From positions 55,118,001 through 55,182,000 of the forward strand of contig NC_092348.1 in assembly GCF_963676685.1 (NCBI RefSeq): DNA of 64,000 bases. Direction: 5' to 3'. The position numbers and the translations under genes are program-made. Within the stretch, counting starts at the first letter, position 1, and each line of letters opens with the position of its first letter. Below, in pieces: positions 62,974 to 64,000 of the stretch. The notes under the pieces were generated by a model. It had not been told where the DNA came from, searched no databases, and saw only the letters and a program-made list of their open reading frames with translations. The DNA comes from Mytilus edulis (lineage: Eukaryota).

Positions 62974-64000
62974 GTAAGTACAAATTATATCTGATTTTCA
63001 TTCTTATAAAGTTTTTTTTGCCTTGGACTGTGTCCTCATCTTGTAGTCCTTAAAAATTTGGTAAAGCGGCAAAAATGGACTTAATTGGGACGCTACTCCA
63101 ATATTTAAGATCTTTGATAGCAGACTAGTAACTGTTACTGTTTTTTATTCACTCCTGTTGGACTTATTTTTCAACCAAACATTATGAATATTATCTACAA
63201 TGCTTATTACCACAAAACACAGATTTAGTTTGCATTTTTGTGACATCACTTTTTACAAATGGAAAAATTGCTGAATTTTTATTTCATGTTAAAAGTAGTT
63301 CTCTAAACATGAGTTGGCCTCAACAAATTGTTATGAAACTTATACACAAAGCTTATTACCACAAACCACATATCAAGTACGCATGTGAGTAGGGTCACCT
63401 TTACAGTTCTTGAGTCCCTTGATAAGGTTATATGCAAAGCAGGGGCATCATCTTTTTCCAATGGACATAGTATAGGAGCTATTAATGAAGTAGGCTGCAT
63501 GATACCACTATGAAGTTCCGCCAGACAGTCTGCACCCAAAACTTTTGAGACTACTAGTCCACTGGACTAATTTTCCATTAGTCCGACATTGTTGAGGGTC
63601 GTGAAGTGACCCGAACCAGCTAGGGGGTTTGGGGCATGCCCCCCCCATAAAAATTTTGAAATCTTAGATGCAAAATATCCTCCATTTTGAGCATACCTGA
63701 AAGTTCCTGCATTACTTGTCAATTTGAACTACAAATATGTTCAAATTTCAAATAACATAGAAAGGATGTTATATGTCTAACTATATAAAAAAGAAGATGT
63801 GGTATATGATTGCCAATGAATAAACTATCCACAAAAGACCAAAATGACACAGACATTAACAACTATAGGTCACTGTACTGCCTTCAACAATGAGCAAAGC
63901 CCAAACTGCATAGTCAGCCATAATAGGCCCTGATAAGACAATGTAAAACAATTCAAACGAGAAAACTAACGGTCCAGTTGGGCTAGCAATAAATAAAATT

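Overview
AT-rich, intron-rich animal genomic DNA, not prokaryotic. The repeat landscape suggests a bivalve mollusc such as Mytilus, but this is an inference. Three host genes were reconstructed by hand from splice signals and protein similarity. (1) The 5' part of a Piezo mechanosensitive channel gene on the minus strand: 10 coding exons from 32733 down to 2156, about 544 aa, continuing past the left edge. (2) A TMEM276-like membrane protein on the plus strand with a single coding exon (48794-49408). (3) The first three exons of CYHR1/ZFTRAF1 on the plus strand (58555-62973), continuing past the right edge. Piezo and TMEM276 appear to be head-to-head around a compact motif-rich promoter at about 45.63-45.86 kb. 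The TMEM276-then-ZFTRAF1 order matches the human locus. The putative first Piezo intron holds an apparently intact CR1-group LINE (about 40.68-45.12 kb, minus strand) with three unusual features: an AUG-less 110-codon extension of ORF2 that overlaps the end of ORF1 at a UUU_CGA +1-frameshift-type motif, a 21-bp complementarity between its 5' and 3' UTRs, and a splice acceptor just before the ORF1 ATG. The remaining sequence is dense with Helentron-like (HINE) elements carrying internal tandem arrays, TSD-flanked MITEs of several types, a SINE-like retroposon, a truncated LINE and minisatellites. No rRNA, tRNA or CRISPR array was found.
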